This document shows, in pieces, positions 25,119 to 37,420 of a stretch of DNA of 64,000 nt (its first letter is position 1; every line of letters starts with the position of its first letter). The notes below the pieces were generated by a model. It saw only the letters and a list, made by a program, of their open reading frames with translations, did not search any database and had not been told where the DNA came from. This DNA is from Octopus bimaculoides (taxonomy: Eukaryota), in NCBI RefSeq assembly GCF_001194135.2, contig NC_068981.1:89704500-89768499 (forward strand). Direction: 5' to 3'. The position numbers and the translations under genes were made by a program.

Positions 25119-25610
25119 GTACACCACAACAAACATATACATACATACATATACACATACATATACACATACATATATGTATTATACAATACCATACCAT
25201 ACATACACGCACACACGCATACATATCGATATTGTATATTCTTTTGCTTTTGTTTGGTTCTGCAACAAAAGTACTCATTGCATTTAGAAATTATTGATAG
25301 TTAATTATAATATGTGCTTAGAAAAAGAAAGTTTTAAAAATGATTGAAGCCATGAAGCAGGCATTCAGTAACTTTTACTCATTTGGATGATAGTCAATTG
25401 TTCCAGCAGTCAGAAGGTTTGTTCATCAATTTCAAACCTTTAGTTGATACAACTGCCGACCGTTGATGCATTGCACTGAAACTCAAGTTAGTTGGGATTA
25501 GCGTAACATTTGCCAATATAGTATGAAACGTACAATAATTATGTGCATGTGTGCGTGTGTGTGTAAATACATATATATATATGCGTGTGTGTGTGTGTGT
25601 ATATATATAC

Positions 25611-25672
<62 letters not shown>

Positions 25673-25691
25673 ATATATGTATGTACGTATG

Positions 25692-25732
<41 letters not shown>

Positions 25733-26759
25733 TTGATAGATAAATAGATAGATACGTACATATACATACATACAAGCATATATGTATATATATGAATGCA
25801 TCTATAAATACATATATATTCATATATATATATATGCACATACATATACATATATATATGTGCGCTATGTATACACGACCACATACGGGAGTATGTGCAT
25901 ACATATGCATATCTGTATGCGCACAATTAATAATTAGTCCGTTTTATGTATATACGAAATGACCTTTGGACACCTATACTAAGGAAGGTTGTGACCTAGT
26001 CACATTTACTCATATTTATCTTTGCATTTATGTTGATATTGCTTTTGNNNNNNNNNNNNNNNNNNNTATATATATACATATATATATATATTCATATATA
26101 TATATATGCACATACATATACATATATATATGTGCGCTATGTATACACGACCACATACGGGAGTATGTGCATACATATGCATATCTGTATGCGCACAATT
26201 AATAATTAGTCCGTTTTATGTATATACGAAATGACCTTTGGACACCTATACTAAGGAAGGTTGTGACCTAGTCACATTTACTCATATTTATCTTTGCATT
26301 TATGTTGATATTGCTTTTGGTTTCATTCCATATGTTGACAGACTCCCCTGACCCTTTTTCATGTGCTCTATTTCTCACTATGCATTCTTATCTTTCTGTT
26401 CCTCTTACTCTATGTTTAGAAGTATTTATTTACTTAAATATTCACTTCCCTTAGTTTTACCTTGTTGTTTGAATAAATATCCTTCTTATGGTTGGTTGTC
26501 AAACTGATTTTACTTCCTTTTCGTTTTACTCTTCCTGTTGCTTTTCTTGTCTCTTCTTTTTTCCCTCACTCAATATTCTCTACTTTAGATTTTCTCTCTG
26601 TCCCTTTCTCTTGTTTCTTAGAACACCCCTTTACCTCTCTCTGCCAACTGATTTCTTTCTACTTCCCTCTCAAAATACTTATAAGATACCAACTCTAGAC
26701 TTCAGTTCTCAGTAATGTAGGGCATTAAAGTCCTCCCTCATGATCTGTTGCGGTTACGC

Positions 26760-27062
26760 ATCTAATAGTGCTTCGAGCATCCAATGCGAGATTCTAAAAA
26801 CCACAATGGTGAAATGCACATAGAAGCAGCCATTTTGTGTCTAATTGTAATTTCTCATAGATATACACACATAAAATGCATACATGTAAACATATATATA
26901 TATATGTACAAACGCATTATTTCAACATCAACTTTGTTAACCAGCTTAACGTGGGAATTTTTGCCTGGATATCGCCTTTATATGCTTTCAGTTTTTTCCT
27001 TCTATCTTTTCCATCCTACGCATTATTCCGAAGAACGACTATATCCGAAACGTCATAATTAA
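26760..27062 (+). mobile_element. Possible PLE pLTR remnant with a degenerate hammerhead
   Basis: ATTAT-t-CCGAAGA-acgactatatcc-GAAA-CG-TC-ATAAT at 27022-27059. Confidence 0.4.
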
Positions 27063-27168
27063 TATTCATATATATATTCCCCGGACCTGCTTTCGGATAT
27101 TCGTTGTTCATATATATATATATATATATATATACTTATATATATGTATGTATGCATATATAAATATA

Positions 27169-27201
<33 letters not shown>

Positions 27202-27825
27202 GTCACTGGGGCATGAAGATGCTAAGCAGTTGTTGCAACTCAACTCAATATGCTTATGCATTATGGAAAAGCACCAGGGAAATACAGAGTATAGTATCAA
27301 AAATGAAATGACAAAAGAACAGAAGTTATATAATTATATTCACTTGCCTTCCTCTGATTCCTTTATCAAAAGCATCGTACTCGTAGCCGAGTGCTCGGGC
27401 GACACCTTAAAGCTTCCTTGAAACCATTTAAATGATTCACTTCATTTAAATAGTTCCGAGGTAGATTTCAGATGTCACAAGTCCACTCACCTATGAGCGC
27501 CAAGCTTCCTATAGCAGAGACAATTTACAGTTTAGAAAAACATCTTACGTAACTCCTATGCCTATAAATTACGTAACTCATATTCCTTTGTCACACACAT
27601 GGTGCGCTCACCATAATTTGGATTCTTTCTCAGAGTGTACCATCTATCAATTTCAGTAAAATAAATCTGTAGATATTCGGAAAGGGAACGAACTTTGGTT
27701 AAGTCACTTCTAGTATTGGCATATTAATAATTATGAAGGAAAACGGAAAGATTGAGAATTGCTTCAGGTGTCAGGAATATGAATATATTATATAAAATAA
27801 ATACAGTGCAGGAAGAAGAAGACAA

Positions 27826-27837
<12 letters not shown>

Positions 27838-27882
<45 letters not shown>
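27838..27882. repeat. (GTA)n microsatellite
   Basis: About 15 or more gta units. Confidence 0.95.
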
Positions 27883-27883
<1 letters not shown>

Positions 27884-28252
27884 CCACCAGCACAACTTGC
27901 CATATCACAAAGCAAATGAAGGACGAAATTTCGTTTGCGATAACATTAAAACAGTTTTAGTGAGTGCTTGAGTTCACAGTTTGTATACTTCTAAAACAAT
28001 ATTTAATTACATACATATTGTTTCAGACATGTATGTACCTGAACAAGCATGTATGTATGTATGCATCTGCGCATGCATGCATACACATGTGTGTGTGCGC
28101 GCGTGTATGTGTCCGTGTGTGCGTGTACGTATCTATATATATACACATACACACACACATTATGTTCATTTGCTGGTAGTGATCAGCAACAATTTATTTC
28201 AGTTATGTTTTTTGTTGTATATACCTGCATATTTATACATATATATTCATAC

Positions 28253-28291
<39 letters not shown>

Positions 28292-28833
28292 NNNNNNNNN
28301 NNNNNNNNNNNNNNNNNNNNNNNNNNNNNNNNNNNNNNNNNNNNNNNNNNNNNNNNNNNNNNNNNNNNNNNNNNNNNNNNNNNNNNNNNNNNNNNNNNNN
28401 NNNNNNNNNNNNNNNNNNNNNNNNNNNNNNNNNNNNNNNNNNNNNNNNNNNNNNNNNNNNNNNNNNNNNNNNNNNNNNNNNNNNNNNNNNNNNNNNNNNN
28501 NNNNNNNNNNNNNNNNNNNNNNNNNNNNNNNNNNNNNNNNNNNNNNNNNNNNNNNNNNNNNNNNNNNNNNNNNNNNNNNNNNNNNNNNNNNNNNNNNNNN
28601 NNNNNNNNNNNNNNNNNNNNNNNNNNNNNNNNNNNNNNNNNNNNNNNNNNNNNNNNNNNNNNNNNNNNNNNNNNNNNNNNNNNNNNNNNNNNNNNNNNNN
28701 NNNNNNNNNNNNNNNNNNNNNNNNNNNNNNNNNNNNNNNNNNNNNNNNNNNNNNNNNNNNNNNNNNNNNNNNNNNNNNNNNNNNNNNNNNNNNNNNNNNN
28801 NNNNNNNNNNNNNNNNNNNNNNNNNNNNNNNNN

Positions 28834-28867
<34 letters not shown>

Positions 28868-29014
28868 AACATTTTTAGAAATTTTTATTGACAGTGACCT
28901 AGTGTGTAGAAAAATTTGTCAATAGATTATAACCAATGCAATACATTTTAAACAATACAAATTATTTATAAATATAGATAGAACAGATTGTCTTCAACCT
29001 GTTGGTATATTTAC

Positions 29015-29101
29015 CAAAATCATGATTTCCAAAAACAGAACATTGTACTTTGCAAGCTTTCAAGATGGGTATCATCTGTTCCCCTTGTGTGAAAACACTC
29101 A
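29015..29101 (-). CDS. Internal coding exon of a 5'-nucleotidase / calcineurin-like metallophosphoesterase (UshA/YfkN/CG11883-like) host gene
   Basis: Minus strand ttttctttatattttacag|TGAGTG...GATTTTG|gtaaat. The exon is 87 nt, phase 1-1, and translates to (L/M)SVFTQGEQMIPILKACKVQCSVFGNHDF(D). This matches the S-x-F-x-x-G-E-Q-M...GNHDFD segment of 5'-nucleotidase N-terminal domains. Neighbouring exons were not found. Confidence 0.85.
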
Positions 29102-30189
29102 CTGTAAAATATAAAGAAAACTAGGTTATAATTTGAGATGTTTTAAGCATATATTTGACAATATTTTTAAAGTTCTAAAAAATAGTTCTATTTGTATTCG
29201 AATTTTGGATTTTCACTGCCCTGTGGTTTTACAAACACAGTTATTCTAACAGCGAAAGGTGTTTTTATTTTAGTCACTGCACAGAGCTATAGGCACAAAG
29301 AGCTTCTAAGCACAAACTTCAATAAAGAAATCTGACAGCCATTTCTCCCTGAATAATTTCTCGGCGATCCTAAGGCATGCAAATAACTTATTTAAACCAC
29401 GGTAAATGTTTGTTTCGTGTATCAATTTCTCTGTTATATGAGCCTACTAATACAGATGTTATATAAGTATTAATACATTTAATGTAGAGAGCATTAATAA
29501 TGCTCACTACAATTTTGTATAATGCAAAAAAAAAAATATATATATTATTCAAGTGACAAATATTGTTTTTATTTTTCCTGGAAGTATAAGAGAAAATGCC
29601 GATGTTTTGATATTATTTTTTACCTCTTCATCGAAACGTAATCTTTAGTATACATGCCGAAATAGTGATGAAAGCCCTACTAAGTAAGTGTACAAGAAGA
29701 CACATACACGTTGATGGGAGAATATAATTGTTTAGAAAATAAATAATTTACACATGCCAATGTGTAGTTTATTTTTTCGGGCATATGAAATCTCTAAATT
29801 ATTTATTGTCTAATGCATAGTGAGCTAGATAGTGGTATGAACGATGAACAATGGACGAATGAGCGAATGCATTTCAAATTGTTCTCAGTAGCAAGCGTAC
29901 TTTGTCAATAAGTGAGTACTAATTGACTTACAACAATATTTAATGAACAAGAACACTTATATTTCATAGACTTTCACAGAGATGTAGCAAGTTTCAAGTA
30001 TGCTGTATTTTTAATGAGTGATATTTCTCTATATTATGGTTGTTTTTATTGTAGGTGATTGCTAGTTTAAAACAAATTGTGTGTAAACCATTTTGGCCAT
30101 TGGGTAACTTTAATGCGATTCACTCAACTAGAAGTAGTGGAACCTCATATATTGTTCAATGATAACTCGGTACCTTAATGCACCGATTT

Positions 30190-30450
30190 CTACAGCAGCA
30201 AAACAAGAGACGTGATATCTTCCGCTCTTTCTTCAAGTTTTGTAAGATCTACAATGGTCATCGGGACCTGCTTTCTTTCTCTAACATGACCATAAATAAG
30301 TTTCTTTTTATGTAAGTCTTTCATATTTGATACGAGACTGAATATTCTCTCAAATGGTAGATCTCTTTGATAGAAGCTGTACGCTTCAGCAAGAGCTCGT
30401 CTCAAAATATTCCATTTAAATAATTCCTCAAAGTAAAGTTTCTGGTTGAA
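30190..30450 (-). mobile_element. Possible degraded RTE-like LINE thumb fragment
   Basis: KLYFEELFKWNILRR...KKKLIYGHVRER loosely resembles the RTE FE-x-W-x-x-RR...KL-x-Y-x-GHV-x-R pattern. Weak. Confidence 0.3.
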
Positions 30451-30701
30451 ACTAAATTTTACGTTGATCTGATAGAATGATGTCATCTTATAAGAGTTAA
30501 AAACGTATTTTAACAGATGTACTTTCTCAACCATTATTGCGTAAAGTGTATAAGCTTATTAATAGTCTTTCACAAATATCTCAACCTTCTCCATATTAGC
30601 ATATAAACCCTTTATACACACACGCGCGTGCACGCACACACACACACACATATACACATACAAATATAGATACATATACACATACATATATATGTATGCA
30701 T

Positions 30702-30736
<35 letters not shown>

Positions 30737-30737
<1 letters not shown>

Positions 30738-30765
30738 TAGCAGCTAAGCCCGGTTTACAATTTCA
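30737..30765 (-). mobile_element. Probable Helitron 3' terminus (hairpin lost)
   Basis: Minus strand ...ccgggcttagctgCTAG|T next to (TA)n, in the same style as the end at 41678. Confidence 0.45.
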
Positions 30766-32383
30766 GTATGGTTCACCCCACTAAATTCAGTCAAGGGTCA
30801 ATTCGCAATGTTATAACCAGTTGACAGAATAAATCGATTAACTAAATAATCTGAATATTTTCATCTGCTTAATTTCATTCATCAGGCATTGGTAGAAGAT
30901 GCTTCTGTAATGTACTGTGAAGAGGCATTCAACACAGAACCAATAGATTAAGAGAGGAACTTTTTAAACATTGTGGCACATGCATCCTGGTGCTTGAAAT
31001 GCCATAGTTTATTTTTTTTTATCACATTATCCTATAATGTCTAACCTGATTATCCTAATAAATTTCGGCAATTATTTTGCAGTCTTTTGTTTTGCTCACA
31101 AAACGTTCAGTGACCTGATACTGATTTCAACCTTTAAAAAATTTCCCAAGCTTCAGTCAACTCTTTTAGTAGTTCCTATCAGTTAGTTGTGGCCATGTTG
31201 GTGCACTACCATCAGCTACTACTGTTTTGGGGGACAATGAGTGAGCTGAAATGGTGTCCATTAAGCGTGTAGAAAAATCAAATCCAACACCACCGATATC
31301 TTGGACAATGTAATCTAATTCACAAATAATTAGATAGCATATGATCATGTCTTGCTCAAACAGAATAGATCTGGCGTTAAACAATAGCTGTATATATTTT
31401 TGAACATTAATAATGGAAGAAGTTTTCTTGGAAGCCATGTTTCGTTTCAGTCATTGATTATTTTTGCTTATTTATTTGAGTTGCTATCATATTTTGCCTT
31501 CCTCTCAAATTTAAGAAAATACTTCACTCATTACAAGTTTTGATTTACTGAGCTCATTTATAAATTTTAATTTTCAGATATCTAAATATTTTCAAAATAT
31601 TTCAGAAATACATTTTCACTACTTACTCTGTCTCAAAGTGATGTTTATAATATCAAATATCAGCTTACGATAAGAATCTTAGCAAAGTTATTTATTCATG
31701 ATTTGATTAATGATGTTATTTCTCATCATAAATTTTAAATTGAGGTGAGACACCTCGTTATGTTGGATTTGAGACTATAAACTAAATAAATATTTATACA
31801 TGGAGTTTAAATTGTCTTGTAAGGCAAACTAACTGATTGGATATATTATGGAAAGAACACTATTACATTTAACAGCTTTAGAAATGAATTACAGAAACTA
31901 AATTTTGCGGTGACTATAATTTTGGCATGGCTTTAGCGGAGTTCACATTATTGCAAGCTTTCGAATTAGACATTTCTACCTTTTTTTTCATCAATTATGT
32001 AGGCCTGAAAAGGATCATAGACGATGCCTTTGCTTCTGGGAGTAAGCCACAAGAAAAAATTATTATTAAAACGTTAGAGAATGGGTATAGGGAATCGTCC
32101 CATTGTGTAATTAGTGACTTGGTCGCTCGTCAAGCAGATTGCTATTCATACCGTCGGATGTGTATCATTTTCCATTTTTTCTATCATTTTACGTGAAACA
32201 TTTTATCACTTTGTTCATTCATGAAATAAGACTATAGCCGCCACTCTCAAATGAGTATGGCTTAGCAATTGTGCAGCATGTTTTACAAATTGTCGTAGAC
32301 TCTTTTTGTAGTCGCTAACAAACATAGACACTCTTTTGGCCTTTCTTCAGTTGATCTAACGGAACATCGAGGAAGTGACTACT

Positions 32384-32433
<50 letters not shown>

Positions 32434-32439
32434 CTTCTA

Positions 32440-32588
32440 CCGTACTCAAGTTATACTCATTTTAGCTGACGAAACTGGAGCATGATATGAATTAACTTGC
32501 TCAAGGAAAGGACACGTTGCTTTGTTCAGGAATCAAATCTAGAACTTCATGATGGTGATCTTACTTTCTAATCACTAAGCCACAAACC
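32440..32588 (-). mobile_element. Partial degraded SINE family C
   Basis: tactcattttagctga...actggagc...cttgctcaagga...cactaagccac matches 22240-22380. Confidence 0.7.
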
Positions 32589-35064
32589 TTTACACCAAAC
32601 TAGTTCTTGCACAATTTCATGTGTGTGTGTGNNNNNNNNNNNNNNNNNNNNNNNNNNNNNNNNNNNNNNNNNNNNNNNNNNNNNNNNNNNNNNNNNNNNN
32701 NNNNNNNNNNNNNNNNNNNNNNNNNNNNNNNNNNNNNNNNNNNNNNNNNNNNNNNNNNNNNNNNNNNNNNNNNNNNNNNNNNNNNNNNNNNNNNNNNNNN
32801 NNNNNNNNNNNNNNNNNNNNNNNNNNNNNNNNNNNNNNNNNNNNNNNNNNNNNNNNNNNNNNNNNNNNNNNNNNNNNNNNNNNNNNNNNNNNNNNNNNNN
32901 NNNNNNNNNNNNNNNNNNNNNNNNNNNNNNNNNNNNNNNNNNNNNNNNNNNNNNNNNNNNNNNNNNNNNNNNNNNNNNNNNNNNNNNNNNNNNNNNNNNN
33001 NNNNNNNNNNNNNNNNNNNNNNNNNNNNNNNNNNNNNNNNNNNNNNNNNNNNNNNNNNNNNNNNNNNNNNNNNNNNNNNNNNNNNNNNNNNNNNNNNNNN
33101 NNNNNNNNNNNNNNNNNNNNNNNNNNNNNNNNNNNNNNNNNNNNNNNNNNNNNNNNNNNNNNNNNNNNNNNNNNNNNNNNNNNNNNNNNNNNNNNNNNNN
33201 NNNNNNNNNNNNNNNNNNNNNNNNNNNNNNNNNNNNNNNNNNNNNNNNNNNNNNNNNNNNNNNNNNNNNNNNNNNNNNNNNNNNNNNNNNNNNNNNNNNN
33301 NNNNNNNNNNNNNNNNNNNNNNNNNNNNNNNNNNNNNNNNNNNNNNNNNNNNNNNNNNNNNNNNNNNNNNNNNNNNNNNNNNNNNNNNNNNNNNNNNNNN
33401 NNNNNNNNNNNNNNNNNNNNNNNNNNNNNNNNNNNNNNNNNNNNNNNNNNNNNNNNAGTAGCGAGCGTACAGTGCCAAGTGCTCATAACAATGTTTAATT
33501 CACAAATAACAGTTTTATATTTCATATATAGACTTCGGCGAAGATAGCAGGTTCCAGTATGGTAAATTTTTAGTGAGTTATTTTTTGTAATTATTCTCAT
33601 GCACAAAAGCAGATTTGTAAACATTCAACGAAGAAAGTTTCAAGCATAAGCGCAGTTGCACACGAGAAAACTTACACAAAAAGAGTAGTGTTAAACATTA
33701 ATTTAAATAAAATAGAAAAACAGTATAAACAGCAGGAACAGCAATAACACCACCACCTACAATAACGATAGCAACATTTCATCTGTAAATGTTATGAGTC
33801 AAAAGGCTTTCATCTATATAAACAATCTCAAAGTAAACTACGAGGTATGGGCAACATGTAATAAGAAAGACCATACCTTCTTGTCAGAGAAATTTATCAG
33901 AAAGGAACAACAAGGGAGGGATTTCTTTTTTCAAACAATAAGGATAATCTTCAAATGCGGTAGAAAGAAGATTTAAGAAAACCTTGGTCAATGTTTCATA
34001 AAATATTTGCACTCTCCACCGCGTCATGGCATATGGAACTGTGTAGCTTATCTTTAGATAAATTGTCACACGGAACGACAAAGCGAGAGGGCTGATGTCT
34101 TATACCCCCTTTTAATAGAACGGTGCCTCAATAGACGAGTCACAGTAATACATAACTCACGATGATCCTTGACTTATCGACACAACAGTATAGCCGTAGC
34201 TCTATGCAACCGTACAGATATCTTATGAGCGTGAAGGTAATCCACAATAATATGTGGTCGGGTGATACATGAATGGTTTCCAAGTCTTTACGATCGATTA
34301 CTACAGGGCTACACAGGAGTTGTACCCCATTTGAGGAGTTGTACCTCATTTAAGGAGTAGTAAAGAGCAGTCATACGGGTGTGCAACGCAGAAGCTCTTG
34401 TCATGCGCAAAGCTGAAATTCCAGATACTACAATATATGATGGTAAAAAATATTATTTTAGGGCCCACTGAAAAAACAAAACGCGAAAACAAAGAAAGAT
34501 AGCAAAAATTAGCAGATATAACGATGTAAGAACTACAGCTGACGCCACAGCTGTTAATACTGCTGCTTTTACCGCTTTAATGATCATAGACTCCAATAGT
34601 AGTTAGCCCGGAATGAGAAACAAGCAGAAATTCGCGTCGACCTCAGTCTCGTCATATGAGGGTAGATGAAGTAAAACATTGGGGATCCAAGTAAACTTCC
34701 CCAGCAGAGAGACTGCCAAAAGTTACCAGCAGCTGTTCCACATCATCGTTGTTTAACGGTGGGAAAAAAATAGGTGAGAAACCGTAGAGATAGTATGGAA
34801 AGAATTTTGTTTTCCATTCCGTACGGGTCGATAAATAGTACCAGCATAGGTACTTTACGTTATAATTTTAACCCCTTTACAGCTTTTAAGATTCATTATG
34901 CTATGACTTTAATTATACTTCGACGTGGCCTTTTCATCCTTCTGGGAGTGAATAAAATATGGTCCTGGGGTGGTTTAAATTAAGTCCACCCTTCCAATCT
35001 CTGCCCTTGTGCTTTATGTTTGATACAATTTTTACTATTATTAATTCAGCTATGAAGAATTATT

Positions 35065-35250
35065 CGAGCGACGAACAAAACACCTTGCGATATTTTAGTT
35101 ACGTTACATCAGGTTTTGGTCTAAACACTCTCCGAGGTCGACTTTGCTTTCAAATTTCTGGGGACAATAGAATAACACCTGTCATTAGTTTTATAGATTA
35201 TACCCCACACCCACCCACCTAAATTTGTATCCAAGTACATAAATTATGGA
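35065..35250 (+). mobile_element. Degraded SINE family A
   Basis: ccgaggtcgactttgctttca...ataccccacacccacc...aaatttg, running into the (TAT)n tract. Confidence 0.6.
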
Positions 35251-35254
35251 AGTA

Positions 35255-35255
<1 letters not shown>

Positions 35256-35293
<38 letters not shown>

Positions 35294-35481
35294 CATTATT
35301 ATTATTATTATTATTATTATCATTATTATTATCATTATTATTATTATTGTTGTTGTTGTTGTTATTATTATTATTGTTGTTGTTGTTGTTATTGTTATTA
35401 TTATTGTTGTTGTTATTATTGTTATTATTATTGTTGTTGTTATTATTGTTGTTGTTGTTATTATTGTTATTATTGTTGTTG

Positions 35482-35548
<67 letters not shown>
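35256..35548. repeat. Compound (TAT)/(TGT)/(CAT) trinucleotide array
   Basis: About 290 bp of in-register trinucleotide units. Confidence 0.95.
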
Positions 35549-35552
<4 letters not shown>

Positions 35553-35758
35553 TAGTTTTATTTTTATAACGTGCTTTCACTTCACTACCGAGCGCAGCTC
35601 TGTGCGCCTTGGGTATGTGCTGTGGTTTGCAGTGGTGCTCTTATGTTTACTGTATTGAAAGTGTTTTGCGTAGAATGTGTGCAGTACCCAGTAGTGCAAT
35701 TTTCTGTATGTTATATATATTTGTAAGTCCTGGTATTTTTGTTATGTATTTGTCTGAA

Positions 35759-35760
<2 letters not shown>
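35548..35760 (-). mobile_element. Extreme 3' end of a Dong/R4-like retrotransposon inserted in (TAA)n
   Basis: Minus strand SDKYITKIPGLTNIYNIQKIALLGTAHILRKTLSIQ* plus about 100 nt of 3'UTR, with (AAT)n on both sides. Confidence 0.85.
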
Positions 35761-35818
<58 letters not shown>

Positions 35819-36149
35819 CATTACTATTATTGTTATTATTATTAATGCAAAAGAAATGGCAAAAATATTGAAACATAATTAGCAATAGCACGCTATTTCA
35901 AACAGAGCATATTTAACTTTTAGAAGAAACTTGTATTAGCACCATTTGTATTTGAAAGACTTAACAATATACTTAATGAATTTGTGGTAATATGAAAGCC
36001 GGTGTCACTAAAAGATGTGTTTCTAATGAAAAACTAATGGTATCCTGCAAGAAAATTATGGAAGAAATACGAGAGTCATTTCACATTATCCTACTTCACG
36101 TGCTTCTAGTATCCAGCGTTTCATTTTAGTTTGTTTTATTCGCTCTAGA

Positions 36150-36375
36150 AATCATGGTTTGCAATTTAGGCACAGGGCTAACAATTTTGAGGGAAATGGT
36201 TAGTCGGTACCATCACCTCAGGACTTGACTGGTACGTTATTTTATTGACCTTGAAAGGATAAAAAGCCCAGTTGACCCCGATAAGATATAAACTCAGCAT
36301 CTAAAGAGCCGAGACAAGTATCGGGAGGATTTTTTTCTTTTGTCCCGTACTCAAACGATTCTGTCAGTTTGCCTT
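36150..36375 (-). mobile_element. Degraded SINE family A
   Basis: aatttaggcacaggg...gactggtac...gaaaggat...gttgacc...aactcag...aacgattctgtcag. Confidence 0.7.
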
Positions 36376-36439
36376 GTTTCGATCTAGGAATAATGAATTC
36401 TAAGATAATTTACTGCACCAGGATAAGGAAAAGGTCCCG

Positions 36440-36900
36440 TACTGTGACAAACATAGAAAGAGTACTGTCGGAACATGACGGCCGTCCGCTAGCTCCTCAA
36501 CGACTTTTATATGGTTCACAACGCAGAAACCGAAGCGCAGATCAACTCACGTCTTCTCGAATGCATATGCATTCATAGTCTAGAAGTGTGCCGGTCGTCG
36601 AAGAGGGCACCGTATAAAGCCGAGAGCTTTTGTTTTGATTGCGAGATAATCTGGAGGCAAGCAAGACGGTGTTGATCGAGAACTGACTTGTTCTTCGTGT
36701 TGCTGGAAATACATTTGACGCTGTCTCAGACTTGTTAGTTGTTTACACCCCTGAGGTAATGAAACAATCGTGAGCTCAGATAACCCGCACCGTTTCGCAT
36801 CAGATTCCATGTTAAGTTCGGATATGTTACTGAGAACGTCGTTGACTATATCACGACTGGAACGGGTGCAGTCAGAACACGTAATTCAGAGGTTCTCAAC
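36440..36900 (+). mobile_element. Possible degraded Gypsy-like gag fragment
   Basis: GC-richer tract. MTAVR*LLNDFYMVHNAETEAQI...RAPYK and LRVAGNTFDAVSDLL...PEVMKQ loosely resemble Gypsy gag N-termini. Confidence 0.3.
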
Positions 36901-36986
36901 GCTTCTTTCTCTAAGGATTTTGTTGGTCCTATTTTACTTTGGGGGAAACCTCATAACTATTCGATGATTAAAAACTCCTGTGAAAT

Positions 36987-37225
36987 ACTCTTTACTCTCT
37001 TTTACTTGTTTCAGTCATTTGACTGTGGCCATGCTGGAGCACCGCCTTTTAGTCGAGCAAATTGACCCCAGGACTTATTTTGTAAGCCTAGTACTTATTC
37101 TATCGGTCTCTTTCGCCGAACCGCTAAGTTACGGGGACGTAAACACACCAGTATCGCTTGTCAAGCGATGTTGGGGGAGACAAATACAGACACACAAACA
37201 TATACACACACATACATATATATAT

Positions 37226-37256
<31 letters not shown>

Positions 37257-37420
37257 CGATGGGCTTCTTTCAGTTTCCGTCTACCAAATCTACTCACAAG
37301 GCTTTGGTCGACCCGAGGCTATAGTAGAAGACACTTACCCAAGGTGCCACGCAGTGGGACTGAACCCGGAGCCATGTGGTTTGTAAGCAAGCTACTTACC
37401 ACACAACCACTGCTACGCCT
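36987..37420 (-). mobile_element. tRNA-derived SINE, family B (with internal microsatellite)
   Basis: Minus-strand head aggcgtagcagtggttgtgtggtaagtagc...ccgggttcagtcccactgcgtggcaccttgggtaagtgtctt, internal (TA)n and a tail ending gaaacaagtaaaagagagtaaagagta. Confidence 0.9.

Noticed and set aside
25812-26318. Identical duplication of about 235 bp
   Set aside because: The two copies flank a 19-N gap and look identical, which is typical of an unmerged contig overlap.
31166-31438. Helitron helicase fragment near the 30737 end
   Set aside because: Only MASK resembles the DExxM motif. The rest does not align with PIF1 motifs.
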